Below are positions 36,700 through 46,965 of a stretch of DNA of 61,039 nucleotides, one piece after another (position 1 is the stretch's first letter; each line of letters opens with the position of its first letter). The stretch comes from an uncultured Flavobacteriales bacterium (GTDB lineage Bacteria; Bacteroidota; Bacteroidia; Flavobacteriales; Schleiferiaceae). Under the pieces are notes generated by a model, which saw only the letters and a list, made by a program, of their open reading frames with translations, was not told the DNA's origin and searched no databases. A program made the translations under genes and the position numbers. The DNA is taken from assembly GCA_937929815.1 (NCBI GenBank), contig CALFUW010000034.1, forward strand, positions 1 through 61,039, given 5' to 3'.

Positions 36700-37547
36700 A
36701 GAAGTTCTATTATGTAATTATTTTAGCTGAATGAATTTTCAGAGAATTTATTGTTAAGAAAGTTAAATTATAGTAAATAAATGTTTCTTTATTTACCAAA
36801 TAAAAAAATAAAAATAATTTTATTAAAATGTACCTCAAATACAATTGTGATCAGAATGTCTAAAAGGATCTTCGTTTGAATATAAGTAACACCAGGATTA
36901 TTTTTTTTTACTCAAACTTAGATATAAATAATAATCACAAATAAAAATGAATTAAATTTCAAATTCTTTCTCAAAATAACCCATTTTAATTTGAATCATT
37001 TCTAATTAAAATAAAGAGATTTTCAAAATTTTTTTTTTTAAAATTTATCAATTTGTAAAAATTCTTAATATTTGAGCTTAATTTAGATAATATTGTTTTT
37101 GGCACACTGAAAATTCATTGTAAAGATTTTTATGTGGCGATATTTTATTTTTTCTTTTTTAAATATATGACAAATTCTACACATCGGTATCAAAGTGAAT
37201 ATTTTCAATATTTTTATGAAAATATTTAATCAATTATATAAGGTTTAAACTTATACCAAAATAACAACAACCGGAATACTAAAATGATCTCATACTTATG
37301 TTTTATTCATAAAAAATTAGGTATTTTAAATTGTTTTAAAAATTTTAAATATAGTTGTAAATCTAAAAACGAACACTTTGTCATGAATTGCTCAATAATT
37401 GTAAATCACAAGTATGCTTTTATTACTTTTAATAAAATATTTATTATACCATTAATGTGATTTAGAACTTATAAATATGGATTTTTTTTCTACTAATTCA
37501 TTTTAAAAACTAAGTCTATAAAGTTCAATTTAAGGTGTGGGATTGAT
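36700..37547. other. Very AT-rich ~850-bp non-coding region upstream of phoX
   Basis: No ORF of 60 aa or more, long A/T runs, far lower GC than flanking genes. Confidence 0.8.
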
Positions 37548-38738
37548 TCATTGTCGATGGTGTAGCCTGATCGCAATGCCGAAACTAACGAGCATCAACC
37601 CGGCTCCGGCAACATAAGGCATGGTGTAATGAACATCGTAGAGCGATCCCCCTATGACCGGACCAATGAGCCGGGCCAATGAGCCAGATGACTGCAAAAT
37701 ACCCAGGTAAAATCCTTGTTGCATAGCACTGACTTCAGCGCTGAGTATAGAGCTCAGCATTGGATTAATAAAAGCGTTGCCAAAACCGATAAAAGTAAGT
37801 GCCAACAACTCAAGCGGCACAAAAAGATGTATCGGCACAAAAGGCATTGACAAGAGCCCAATCGATAAAAGGATGTTGCCGGTGGCAAGGAGAGATTTTT
37901 CGTTAAATCGAGACGTGAATTTTCCTAACAGTGTCCCTTGGATGACAACTGCCAAAACACCTACGAATGCAAAGGTGTAACCAACCTGTGCATCAGACAA
38001 TTGATATTTTTCATGCCACAAAATGGCGGCTGTGATCTGCATCATGGAAAAAGCAGTGATAAAGATGATATTAATGATAAAAAACTGATTTAAAGATGCT
38101 TGTTGAAGCACTTTTACCAGGTTTCCAAAAGGATTCTGCCAGAGCGGTGAAGCAAAATTTTTTGTGAGCAAACTTTCAGGTAATATCAAATAGGCTAACA
38201 GGAAATTGAAGCCGGAAAACAAAGCTGCTGTATATCCCACCCATTCAATGCCAAACGAATCCTTCAGCCATCCACCCAAGGGAGGGCCTACAATAAAGCC
38301 TAATCCAAAGGCTGCACCTATTAATCCAAAATTTTTAGCCCGCTTTTCAGGAGTTGACACATCGCTGATAAAGGCTTGAGCTGCAGAGAGATTAGCAGCA
38401 CCAAGACCTGAAAGCAGTCGTGAAATCAACAATACTATGATGGAACCTGCATTTGCAAATACCAAATAAGCAACTACCATAATCAAAATGCTGATAAGTA
38501 TGACCGGCCTGCGCCCAATTCGATCGCTAAGAGCTCCCCAAAATCCTGAAAACAAGAATTGCATGAGAGAATAACTACTTGCCACCACACCTATGATTAG
38601 CCCGCTTGCACCAAGCTCTTTAGCAAAAATGGGCAAAATAGGAATAATCAACCCAAATCCAAGAAGATCAAGAAATACGGTAATAAACAGTACGGTAAGT
38701 GCAGCCTTTGGGTTCCTGGCAGAATCAGCTTTTGGCAT
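37548..38738 (-). CDS. MFS transporter, TetA/DHA1-like
   Basis: FLDLLGFGLIIPILP, motif A GALSDRIGRRPV, GAAFGLGFIVGPPLGG. Confidence 0.92.
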   Translation of the reverse strand: MPKADSARNPKAALTVLFITVFLDLLGFGLIIPILPIFAKELGASGLIIGVVASSYSLMQFLFSGFWGALSDRIGRRPVILISILIMVVAYLVFANAGSIIVLLISRLLSGLGAANLSAAQAFISDVSTPEKRAKNFGLIGAAFGLGFIVGPPLGGWLKDSFGIEWVGYTAALFSGFNFLLAYLILPESLLTKNFASPLWQNPFGNLVKVLQQASLNQFFIINIIFITAFSMMQITAAILWHEKYQLSDAQVGYTFAFVGVLAVVIQGTLLGKFTSRFNEKSLLATGNILLSIGLLSMPFVPIHLFVPLELLALTFIGFGNAFINPMLSSILSAEVSAMQQGFYLGILQSSGSLARLIGPVIGGSLYDVHYTMPYVAGAGLMLVSFGIAIRLHHRQ

Positions 38739-39699
38739 TGATCTTCTCTTTAATATCCATCACTTTGAGTTGCATATCCTTGCGGTCGAGCATAAATTGA
38801 GTATTTTGTCTTGCATAGTAGGTGTTTGGAAAAACCTTACAGGCTTCTTTAAGGAGGATTGAAGGATCTTTGTAACGAACTGATAAATGCCCTATCAACA
38901 AGTAACGCGCATCAACATCCAGAGCAGATTTAGCCGCTTCTACACTGGTAGAATGCCCTGAAAGCGGTGCTATAGCTGACTCTGATGTGCTGTAGGTAGC
39001 TTCATGATAGAGAATATCTGCTGTGCCAATGAGCTCCTTAAGAGAACCAATGTATTGTGTATCTGTACAATAAGCATATCTGAGTGCCTTAGGCAGAGGC
39101 AAGGTCAGCTCATCATTCTTAATGACAAGTCCCTCCTTCGTCTTCCAATCTTTGCCCTTTTTTATCCCGGGAATGTCACAAGAAGGTATTTCGTATTCAT
39201 TGATTTTGAAAGGATTTACATTTTTTAGCGGGAAGACTTCTTCAAAAACAAACCCCTGACACTGGATAGTATGGGAGAGTGGAATTGTATAAACTCTGGA
39301 TGTATCTGCTGTGTGCAATAAATACTTCTCCCCCATTTTTATCGGGATTCGTTGTAAGGGATAGGTAAAGGGATTTTCATTATTTCTATAAAAGAAAAAC
39401 TCAACCAAATCGACAATTTGAGGTGGTGCAAAGAGAAATAATTCTTTTTCGCGCTTCAATAGATCAAGACTACTCAAAAGACCCAGAAGCCCAAAACAAT
39501 GATCGCCATGAGCATGCGAAATAAAAATAGCGTCAAGTCTTGAAAATGAAAGTTTGTTTCTTCGGATCTGCATCTGCGTACCTTCACCGCAGTCGATCAG
39601 AAAATTTTTATTGCCAATTTGAAGCCACTGTGCCGTCGGAAAAAGGTGTGCAGTAGGTGTGGCACTCGAACTGCCAAGGATCGTTATTTTGAGTGGCAT
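38725..39699 (-). CDS. rnz: Ribonuclease Z
   Basis: ILGSSSATP, LIDCGEGTQ, SHAHGDH, YCTDT, HEATY, GHST, GHLSVRY. Confidence 0.93.
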   Translation of the reverse strand: MPLKITILGSSSATPTAHLFPTAQWLQIGNKNFLIDCGEGTQMQIRRNKLSFSRLDAIFISHAHGDHCFGLLGLLSSLDLLKREKELFLFAPPQIVDLVEFFFYRNNENPFTYPLQRIPIKMGEKYLLHTADTSRVYTIPLSHTIQCQGFVFEEVFPLKNVNPFKINEYEIPSCDIPGIKKGKDWKTKEGLVIKNDELTLPLPKALRYAYCTDTQYIGSLKELIGTADILYHEATYSTSESAIAPLSGHSTSVEAAKSALDVDARYLLIGHLSVRYKDPSILLKEACKVFPNTYYARQNTQFMLDRKDMQLKVMDIKEKINAKS

Positions 39700-39704
39700 T
39701 AAGA

Positions 39705-40496
39705 TTATTTCTTTTCTATAAACATTCGTCGCAGTTTAAAACTGCGATAGCATTCCATCATAGATACAAGAAGGTCATAGTCGCTGGAAGAGTATATGCG
39801 CTCTTCGCTCATCTGACAATAAAAAATAAGCATCCTTAGACCTTCCTGATCTAAACCTGTGAGCTCCAAAAGAATTTCTCGGTTTTTGTTCAAGTCAAGA
39901 CGCTCGATAAATTCATCTCGTACTTCCAGCTGTTCGAGTTTTTCCAATTGCCGGTGACGCGAGCTGAACATTTGATACAAATAGTCAATCGGGCTTGCAA
40001 GTGTAGCCTTACTTCTACCGGGTGAGCGGATGTCCTTTTCAGACGGCAGTAAAGGCTGTCTGATTTCCATAGCACGGGGATTGTTTGTAGTAAGGCGATA
40101 TCCGGTCACATCTACCTGAGCTAATTCCGTAATTCTCTCCGCAAGCATCACTTTTACGATCTCAGCGCGATAGGTCTCGTCTATATATAGATAATGATTT
40201 TTAAACCCCAAACCTGAAATCCGGAGTGTGTCCCCATTTTCAGCATTAATTTGAAAGTATCCATTCGACAGGGTAATAGTGCCTTTCGAAGTGCGCATAT
40301 TCATAATATGCAAATTCTCAACGGGTAGTGGAGTTCTGCTGTCGTTGTAAACAAACCCTCGCACAGCAAAAGACTGTGATAAACTTTCGCCTGCAGTAAT
40401 AAAAAAAAGTACAAGGCAGATTAGTAGCCTTTTCAGATATTCGCAAATGAATATTGACAATGTCAGGAAGACGAAAATCGAGAAAGATTTCAACAA
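39705..40496 (-). CDS. Hypothetical exported protein with CarboxypepD_reg-like domain
   Basis: GTITLSNGYFQINAENGDTLRISGLGF, ELAQVDV. Start uncertain. Confidence 0.7.
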   Translation of the reverse strand: MLKSFSIFVFLTLSIFICEYLKRLLICLVLFFITAGESLSQSFAVRGFVYNDSRTPLPVENLHIMNMRTSKGTITLSNGYFQINAENGDTLRISGLGFKNHYLYIDETYRAEIVKVMLAERITELAQVDVTGYRLTTNNPRAMEIRQPLLPSEKDIRSPGRSKATLASPIDYLYQMFSSRHRQLEKLEQLEVRDEFIERLDLNKNREILLELTGLDQEGLRMLIFYCQMSEERIYSSSDYDLLVSMMECYRSFKLRRMFIEKK

Positions 40497-40535
40497 AATA
40501 TATTGGTTATAAAAGTTTAAATCAAAATTATTAAA

Positions 40536-42230
40536 ATGTCAGAAGATAAAAAGGTTATTTTTTCCATGAGTGGGGTTACCAAGACCTATTCATCTACTAA
40601 CAAAACAGTGCTCAAAGATATCTATCTGAGTTTTTTTTACGGGGCCAAAATCGGAATTTTAGGTCTTAATGGTTCCGGTAAGAGTACCTTGCTTAAAATC
40701 ATCGCCGGTGTCGAAAAAAACTATCAGGGCAATGTGGTTTGGTCACCCGGATATACCGTCGGATATCTGGAACAAGAGCCTCAATTAGATGAAGATAAGA
40801 CCGTCATTGAAATCGTGCGGGATGGGGTGGCCGATACCATGAGCCTTCTGGACGAATTTAACCGGATCAACGATCAATTTGGACTCCCCGAAGTATATGA
40901 AGATCCTGATAAGATGGATAAACTTATGGCGCGCCAGGCAGAATTACAGGACAAAATAGAAGCCCTAAACGCGTGGGAAGTCGACACCAAACTCGAGCGT
41001 GCAATGGAGGCACTTCAGTGTCCTGAACCGGATAAACCGATCAAGGTGCTCTCCGGAGGCGAAAAACGCCGGGTCGCCCTCTGTCGCATGCTTCTCAAGC
41101 AGCCCGATGTATTACTTCTGGACGAGCCAACCAACCATCTGGATGCAGAAAGTGTGCTGTGGCTTGAGCACCATTTACAGCAATACCAGGGCACCGTCAT
41201 TGCTGTAACGCACGACCGGTATTTTCTCGACAACGTAGCAGGCTGGATCCTGGAACTCGACCGTGGCGAGGGCATCCCCTGGAAGGGAAACTACTCCAGC
41301 TGGCTTGAACAGAAAACAAAGCGACTGGAGCAGGAAGAAAAACAAGCCTCCAAACGCCGAAAAACGCTCGAGCGCGAACTTGAATGGGTGCGAATGAATC
41401 CAAAAGGTCGTCAGGCCAAGGCCAAAGCCCGGTTGAGCAACTATGAAAAAATGCTCAATGAAGAACAAAAAGAAAAAGAAGACAGATTAGAAATCTACAT
41501 TCCACCGGGACCGCGGCTTGGAACCCACGTCATTGAAGCCAGGCATGTCTCTAAAGCCTATGGAGACAAAGTACTGTATGAGGATCTGAACTTCTCGCTT
41601 CCTCCCGCAGGTATCGTGGGCATCATCGGGCCAAACGGCGCCGGAAAAACAACCATTTTCCGCATGATCATGGGTCTGGAAAAACCGGATTCAGGAGATT
41701 TTACTATCGGCGAAACTGCAAAAATTGCTTATGTAGATCAGTCGCACGAGAAAATGCAGCCCGACAAATCCATATTTGAAATAGTAGCTGATGGTCAGGA
41801 AGATTTTGAACTTGGTGGCCGACGTGTCAATACCCGTGCGTATTTGGGTCGATTTAATTTTTCTGGTCAGGATCAAAGCAAAAAGGTGGGCATGCTCTCC
41901 GGAGGTGAGCGAAATCGCCTGCACCTTGCCATGGCTCTCAAGGAAGGTGGCAACGTACTCCTGCTCGACGAGCCTACTAATGATCTGGATGTAAATACCC
42001 TGCGCGCTTTGGAAGAAGCTTTAGAAAATTTCGCCGGATGTGCTGTAATCATATCACACGACCGTTGGTTTCTGGACCGTGTATGCACCCACATTCTGGC
42101 TTTCGAAGGTGATGCCAAAGTTTATTATTTTGAAGGATCATTTTCAGATTATGAGGAAAACAAACGCAAAAGGTTAGGCGACACGGCTCCTAAGAGATTT
42201 AAATACAAAAAACTAATCAAAGAAGCATGA
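40536..42230 (+). CDS. ettA: Energy-dependent translational throttle ABC-F protein
   Basis: LSFFYGAKIGILGLNGSGKST, two ABC domains, ELEWVRMNPKGRQAK linker. Confidence 0.96.
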   Translation: MSEDKKVIFSMSGVTKTYSSTNKTVLKDIYLSFFYGAKIGILGLNGSGKSTLLKIIAGVEKNYQGNVVWSPGYTVGYLEQEPQLDEDKTVIEIVRDGVADTMSLLDEFNRINDQFGLPEVYEDPDKMDKLMARQAELQDKIEALNAWEVDTKLERAMEALQCPEPDKPIKVLSGGEKRRVALCRMLLKQPDVLLLDEPTNHLDAESVLWLEHHLQQYQGTVIAVTHDRYFLDNVAGWILELDRGEGIPWKGNYSSWLEQKTKRLEQEEKQASKRRKTLERELEWVRMNPKGRQAKAKARLSNYEKMLNEEQKEKEDRLEIYIPPGPRLGTHVIEARHVSKAYGDKVLYEDLNFSLPPAGIVGIIGPNGAGKTTIFRMIMGLEKPDSGDFTIGETAKIAYVDQSHEKMQPDKSIFEIVADGQEDFELGGRRVNTRAYLGRFNFSGQDQSKKVGMLSGGERNRLHLAMALKEGGNVLLLDEPTNDLDVNTLRALEEALENFAGCAVIISHDRWFLDRVCTHILAFEGDAKVYYFEGSFSDYEENKRKRLGDTAPKRFKYKKLIKEA

Positions 42231-42241
42231 CTATCTGAAAA

Positions 42242-42769
42242 ATGGCTTTCAGAAAACCTGAAATTGAGACAATCCCGGCATTTTACAGGCCGTATGTAGA
42301 TTCCCTCCCCAATGAGGATATTCTATCACTACTTGAGCAAGGGAGGAATCGCATGACCAACCTGTTTCAATCTACTGATAAAAAACACTTTAACAAAAGC
42401 TACGCACCCGGAAAGTGGACTCTTGGTCAGGTCATACGCCACATCATTGATTCTGAAACAGTCTTCTTATATCGAGCACTCACCATGAGCCGCAGAGACA
42501 ACACTCCCCTTCCATCATTTGATGAAAATGCATGGGCTGCATCTACAATTGAAAATTCTTTGCTTCTCGAGCCCGAGTCCCTTTTGCATGATTATCTCTT
42601 AATTCGGGATATGAGCATTAGTTTATTTGGCAAAATGTCAGATAAAGAACTTTTTTTTCGCGGCAAAGCCAATAATTTTGAAACCTGTGCCAATGACCTT
42701 GCTTTATTCATACTTGGGCATGAACATCATCACTTAAAAGTCATAGATCATAGATACATCAAAATCTAA
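42242..42769 (+). CDS. DinB family protein
   Basis: YAPGKWTLGQVIRHIIDSE...GHEHHH. Confidence 0.9.
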   Translation: MAFRKPEIETIPAFYRPYVDSLPNEDILSLLEQGRNRMTNLFQSTDKKHFNKSYAPGKWTLGQVIRHIIDSETVFLYRALTMSRRDNTPLPSFDENAWAASTIENSLLLEPESLLHDYLLIRDMSISLFGKMSDKELFFRGKANNFETCANDLALFILGHEHHHLKVIDHRYIKI

Positions 42770-42774
42770 ACTGC

Positions 42775-43305
42775 ATGGATATTCGCAAACCTTTCAATCT
42801 CAATAATTGGATTGCTGAAAACAGACATCTTCTCAAGCCTCCCGTAGCCAACAAAAATCTGTATCCTGAAGGCACTGACTACATCGTCATGGTAGTAGGC
42901 GGTCCCAATGCTCGCAAAGACTATCACTACAATGAAACTGAAGAACTCTTTTATCAGCTTGAAGGCCAAATTACAGTGCGCATTCAGCAAGAAGGGAAAC
43001 CGGTAGATATTCACCTCGGTCCCGGCGATATGTTTCTGCTACCTCCAGGAGTGCCTCATTCTCCAATGCGTTCAGAAGGCTCAGTGGGATTGGTCATTGA
43101 GCGGGTTCGTGAAGGCAAGGGATACCAGGACGGACTGCTGTGGTTTTGTGAAAAATGTAATAATAAACTGCACGAGGTGTATTTCGAACTTCATAACATC
43201 GAAAAAGACTTCCTCCCTCACTTTCGCGAGTTTTATGGATCGGAAGCCTTACGCACGTGTGACCAATGTGGATGCACAATGGAAGCTGATCCTCGGTTTG
43301 TATAA
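42775..43305 (+). CDS. nbaC: 3-hydroxyanthranilate 3,4-dioxygenase
   Basis: LKPPVANK, VGGPNARKDYH, EELFYQ, PHSP, rubredoxin-like CEKC/CDQC. Confidence 0.95.
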   Translation: MDIRKPFNLNNWIAENRHLLKPPVANKNLYPEGTDYIVMVVGGPNARKDYHYNETEELFYQLEGQITVRIQQEGKPVDIHLGPGDMFLLPPGVPHSPMRSEGSVGLVIERVREGKGYQDGLLWFCEKCNNKLHEVYFELHNIEKDFLPHFREFYGSEALRTCDQCGCTMEADPRFV

Positions 43306-43372
43306 CCTTTACATTAACTGAATATAACTGACCCCAAACCAAAGCTTTCCAACAGACAAGCGCTTATCAGGT

Positions 43373-45784
43373 TCAGTTTTCATCCCATTCATATTTGAAT
43401 GGACTTTTTGAAGGTTTGGATGGTGGTGGTACTGTGTCGGCTTGAATTTCTTTGGTTTTGGTGAGCAATTGATTTCTTGAGCGTACGAGTTCAGCTTTGA
43501 TGGGGGTAATACGCGGCTGGTCTGTAGTTCCGGATATCCGAATCCAGATACGTGCACCATTGTCATCTTCTTCAAACACAAAATCATTTACAGAGCGATT
43601 TCTCTTTCGTTTTTGGTATAAAACATCACTTAGACTAAGACCTACTTTATATTCTATTGTATTTTCAAAACTGTGTGTGCCCTCCAAAATCAGATTTAGC
43701 GCATTGGATCGAATTTCAAATTGTGGTATTCGTATCATCTGATTTTCAATATTCAGTTTGTTAATAAGTTCTTCGAAGCGGATATCTTTTAACTCATCTA
43801 TGTCTGCAAACCGGCCAAGAGCTTCTATTGGTTCAAAATTAATCAATCGCCCATCGCTTACTCTAACATCCATATTGGCATTCAACATTTTAAAATCAGG
43901 TTCCAATTCGTAAGATAAAGGCAAACTGAAATGCACCACCCCCGATAATCGGCCAAATAAGTTCTTGTGAGTCAGGGAATTTTGTTGAAAGTCATTAAAT
44001 CCTAGCATGAGCTGAGAAAGGTCTATCTTTCGCAAATGAGCCTTTCCTTTCATTATCCATCCGGCAGACGTAGCATTTAAGATTCCGGCGAAATCCAGCG
44101 ACCCACCGAAAAGGTTCATCTCGAGACTTTTTATTTCGATATCATTCCCCGATTTGATTATTACAGCTTGTATATCCTTGCATTTTAATTGCTCAGCAAC
44201 ATATTCATCGATCAACAGGTTTAGGTTGATCCTCAATCGATTTAGCACCGCCAACGGCGATTCATTTAGGTTTGATTCTGATCTCCAGAAAAATTCGTCG
44301 TATTTCTGAATATAAAGCTGTCCTCCGACGTCGAGTAAAGCAGAAGAATCCACTATCCACGAAGCAAAACCACCAATTTGGAGGTCTGCATCGACAACGC
44401 GATCATTGACTGTCAGTTTTTGTCGAAAGGCGAAGCCGCGGTTGTCGATCTGTAAGCTCAGCGATGGGATCATGACCGTGTTTTGTCCAAAAGCAAGTTC
44501 TAAATTATCAGAGCTTAAGGTGCAGTCAAATTGCACAGGAATAGAACTATTTTTTTGTTTAGACCCTTCAAGAAGGGTGTAGCCAAATGTTCCCGATGCA
44601 TGAATATGTCCTTTTCCCTTGAGGAGGCTTTCGGCATCTATCAATCGTGCGATTCCGATCGGCTCACCATTCATCGAAAAACTTCCAGAAATGATTGTAT
44701 TTTTTTGATGATTTATCTGAACATTACCTGCAATTTTTACACCGGTACTTTGACCCATTAAGTCAGTGATTGACACACTTATGCCTTTGGTGTTAACAAT
44801 TGCTTCTCCTGTAAACTTCAATTCGTCTATCTGAATAGATTCTTTACCGATTACCAAATGTTTGCCATGTGCATTAAAATCACATACAAAACTCCATTTA
44901 TCACCTGAGTATGTGCCGGTAATGGTAGTTGAAATCACGTCTTTTTTAAGTTGGTAATTTAGAGCTTTATCTTTCAATAAATTTTGCACAAGTGGTTTTG
45001 ATAAAATAGGCTGATTCTTTATTTGCAAACGAAATTCATGGTCTGAATTTTCGATATAGTAGTTCAAATCCAAATTTATGTCATCGATATATGCTTTGTT
45101 TAGTTGTAATTTTAAAGAATCTTTACTTAACTGAAGAAATGCTATTGCAGAATGATTAAGAGGTTCTTCGACTGACCAATCTTGCATTTTAAAGTATATA
45201 TTTTGAGCATTCCATTGTGCTTTTATCTGAATGAAATCGAGGTAATTCGCAGACAGCACAGAATTAAAAACCATTTGAGAAGTGAATATTTTTTCTTTGA
45301 AATCACTGTAAGTAATCTGAATATTTTTCAGGTGTAATCTCTCAATTTCGAATGGGGAGGACACGGAAGATGTATCCGTTTTTACAATAGAGAAATTGTT
45401 TGTCCCGTCTTCAAATATTTTAATATGCATATATCCATTATCAATTCCGATTTCATTGATAAAATATCTGGAAAACAAGACATCTGCCAAAGAGAAACGG
45501 ACAGATACTTTTTCAGTATTTAAAAGCAGTTCGGGATCTCGAATTGCAGATTCCGTACATCGAACATCTGTAAACACAACTGAAATGCGTGGAAAGTGCC
45601 TGAAACTCACCTCCACCTTATGCACATCTATGGGTACTATCAGATGCTCATTGAGCTGTCGAATTGCCGCATTGATGATTGCATCTTTCCGATTATAAAT
45701 ATATACGGATATACCTACTGAAATCAGTAAAAACAAACCACCTATCCAGATAGTAATTCTTAATATTTGATTAATCCACTTCAT
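43373..45784 (-). CDS. AsmA-like protein
   Basis: N-terminal TM anchor, DGTNNFSI, C-terminal AsmA-like region (EGTHSFENTIEY, ISGTTDQP). Confidence 0.8.
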   Translation of the reverse strand: MKWINQILRITIWIGGLFLLISVGISVYIYNRKDAIINAAIRQLNEHLIVPIDVHKVEVSFRHFPRISVVFTDVRCTESAIRDPELLLNTEKVSVRFSLADVLFSRYFINEIGIDNGYMHIKIFEDGTNNFSIVKTDTSSVSSPFEIERLHLKNIQITYSDFKEKIFTSQMVFNSVLSANYLDFIQIKAQWNAQNIYFKMQDWSVEEPLNHSAIAFLQLSKDSLKLQLNKAYIDDINLDLNYYIENSDHEFRLQIKNQPILSKPLVQNLLKDKALNYQLKKDVISTTITGTYSGDKWSFVCDFNAHGKHLVIGKESIQIDELKFTGEAIVNTKGISVSITDLMGQSTGVKIAGNVQINHQKNTIISGSFSMNGEPIGIARLIDAESLLKGKGHIHASGTFGYTLLEGSKQKNSSIPVQFDCTLSSDNLELAFGQNTVMIPSLSLQIDNRGFAFRQKLTVNDRVVDADLQIGGFASWIVDSSALLDVGGQLYIQKYDEFFWRSESNLNESPLAVLNRLRINLNLLIDEYVAEQLKCKDIQAVIIKSGNDIEIKSLEMNLFGGSLDFAGILNATSAGWIMKGKAHLRKIDLSQLMLGFNDFQQNSLTHKNLFGRLSGVVHFSLPLSYELEPDFKMLNANMDVRVSDGRLINFEPIEALGRFADIDELKDIRFEELINKLNIENQMIRIPQFEIRSNALNLILEGTHSFENTIEYKVGLSLSDVLYQKRKRNRSVNDFVFEEDDNGARIWIRISGTTDQPRITPIKAELVRSRNQLLTKTKEIQADTVPPPSKPSKSPFKYEWDEN

Positions 45785-45812
45785 TCAATCAATTAAACGA
45801 AAAGAATGGGGA

Positions 45813-46832
45813 TTATATCATTTTGATATAGTTAATTTCCTGGGGTGTCAGAAATCTGTAGTGCCCGCGAGGAAGATTTTTTTTGGTAAGTCCGGCAAAC
45901 ATAGTGCGGTCCAACGCTTCTACATTGTATCCAAGGTGCTCAAATATTCTTCGGACAATTCTGTTTCTTCCAATATGCAGCTTGATCCCCACTTGATTGC
46001 GGTCCTTGCCCTCCACGTACTCAATTTCATCCACAGGAGCAGGGCCATCGTCAAGAATCAATCCTTTGCGTATTTTTTCCATATCTCCGGGTGATACATT
46101 TTTATCAAGGACTACATGGTAAAGTTTATGAGCGCCATGAGAGGGATGTGTTAGCTTTTTTGCAAGATCTCCGTCATTGGTCAACAGCAGCAGACCGGTG
46201 GTTTGGCGGTCAAGCCTCCCAACCGGATATATGCGTTCTTGACATGCCCCGGCTACCAATTCCATTACATTTTTCCTTGCCTTTTCATCTTTGGTCGTTG
46301 TAATGAAACCTTTGGGTTTATTAAGAAGTATATATACCTTTTTTTCACCTTTTATTGTGCTCCCGCCATATTTGACGATGTCTTTATCGGGATCTACGCG
46401 TACTCCAAGTTCGGTGATGATTTTTCCGTTGACTTCAACAAGACCTTGCCGTATGAGTTCGTCCGCTTCACGCCGGGAGCAAATTCCTGCATTGGAGAGA
46501 AATTTATTCAGGCGGACACGGCTGTCCTTAGATTCTGCGACATTTGGCTCTGATGGGTATTTGGGTTTGGGTATGTAACCGTATTTACTAGGTTTATCGC
46601 TTTTGTTCCAAGTATTTGATCTTACATCATCCTTGGATCGACTCGATTGATTGTTAAATTTTTTTTTTGCAACGTTCGAATTTGTTTTTTTTTCTGAAAA
46701 AGAGGGCTTGTTTGAAAAATTTGGTGAACTACCTGTTTTTCTCTTTTCGTCATTGTTTGAAAATTTTGGTTTTCCCTCCCGGGAGAAAGGTTTGCCGGAT
46801 CGGTCACCACTTCTATTGTCCCACTTGTTCAT
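45813..46832 (-). CDS. 23S rRNA pseudouridine synthase (RluB/RluF/RsuA family) with low-complexity N-terminal extension
   Basis: S4 domain RLNKFLSNAGICSRREAD, NKPKG, VGRLDRQTTGLLLLTNDG, GRNRIVRR. ATG 46832 preferred given the TACTTTTG -7 element at 46851-46858. Confidence 0.92.
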   Translation of the reverse strand: MNKWDNRSGDRSGKPFSREGKPKFSNNDEKRKTGSSPNFSNKPSFSEKKTNSNVAKKKFNNQSSRSKDDVRSNTWNKSDKPSKYGYIPKPKYPSEPNVAESKDSRVRLNKFLSNAGICSRREADELIRQGLVEVNGKIITELGVRVDPDKDIVKYGGSTIKGEKKVYILLNKPKGFITTTKDEKARKNVMELVAGACQERIYPVGRLDRQTTGLLLLTNDGDLAKKLTHPSHGAHKLYHVVLDKNVSPGDMEKIRKGLILDDGPAPVDEIEYVEGKDRNQVGIKLHIGRNRIVRRIFEHLGYNVEALDRTMFAGLTKKNLPRGHYRFLTPQEINYIKMI

Positions 46833-46965
46833 ATAGTGCTTAATATAACGCAAAAGTAGTTAAATTAAAAAGGTATTTGCCTACATAAAATATATTCTAA
46901 TCAAAATCATACTTTAAATCATCTAAGGTTGCCTCTTTTGTGCCAAATAAAATTCATGAACAAAG

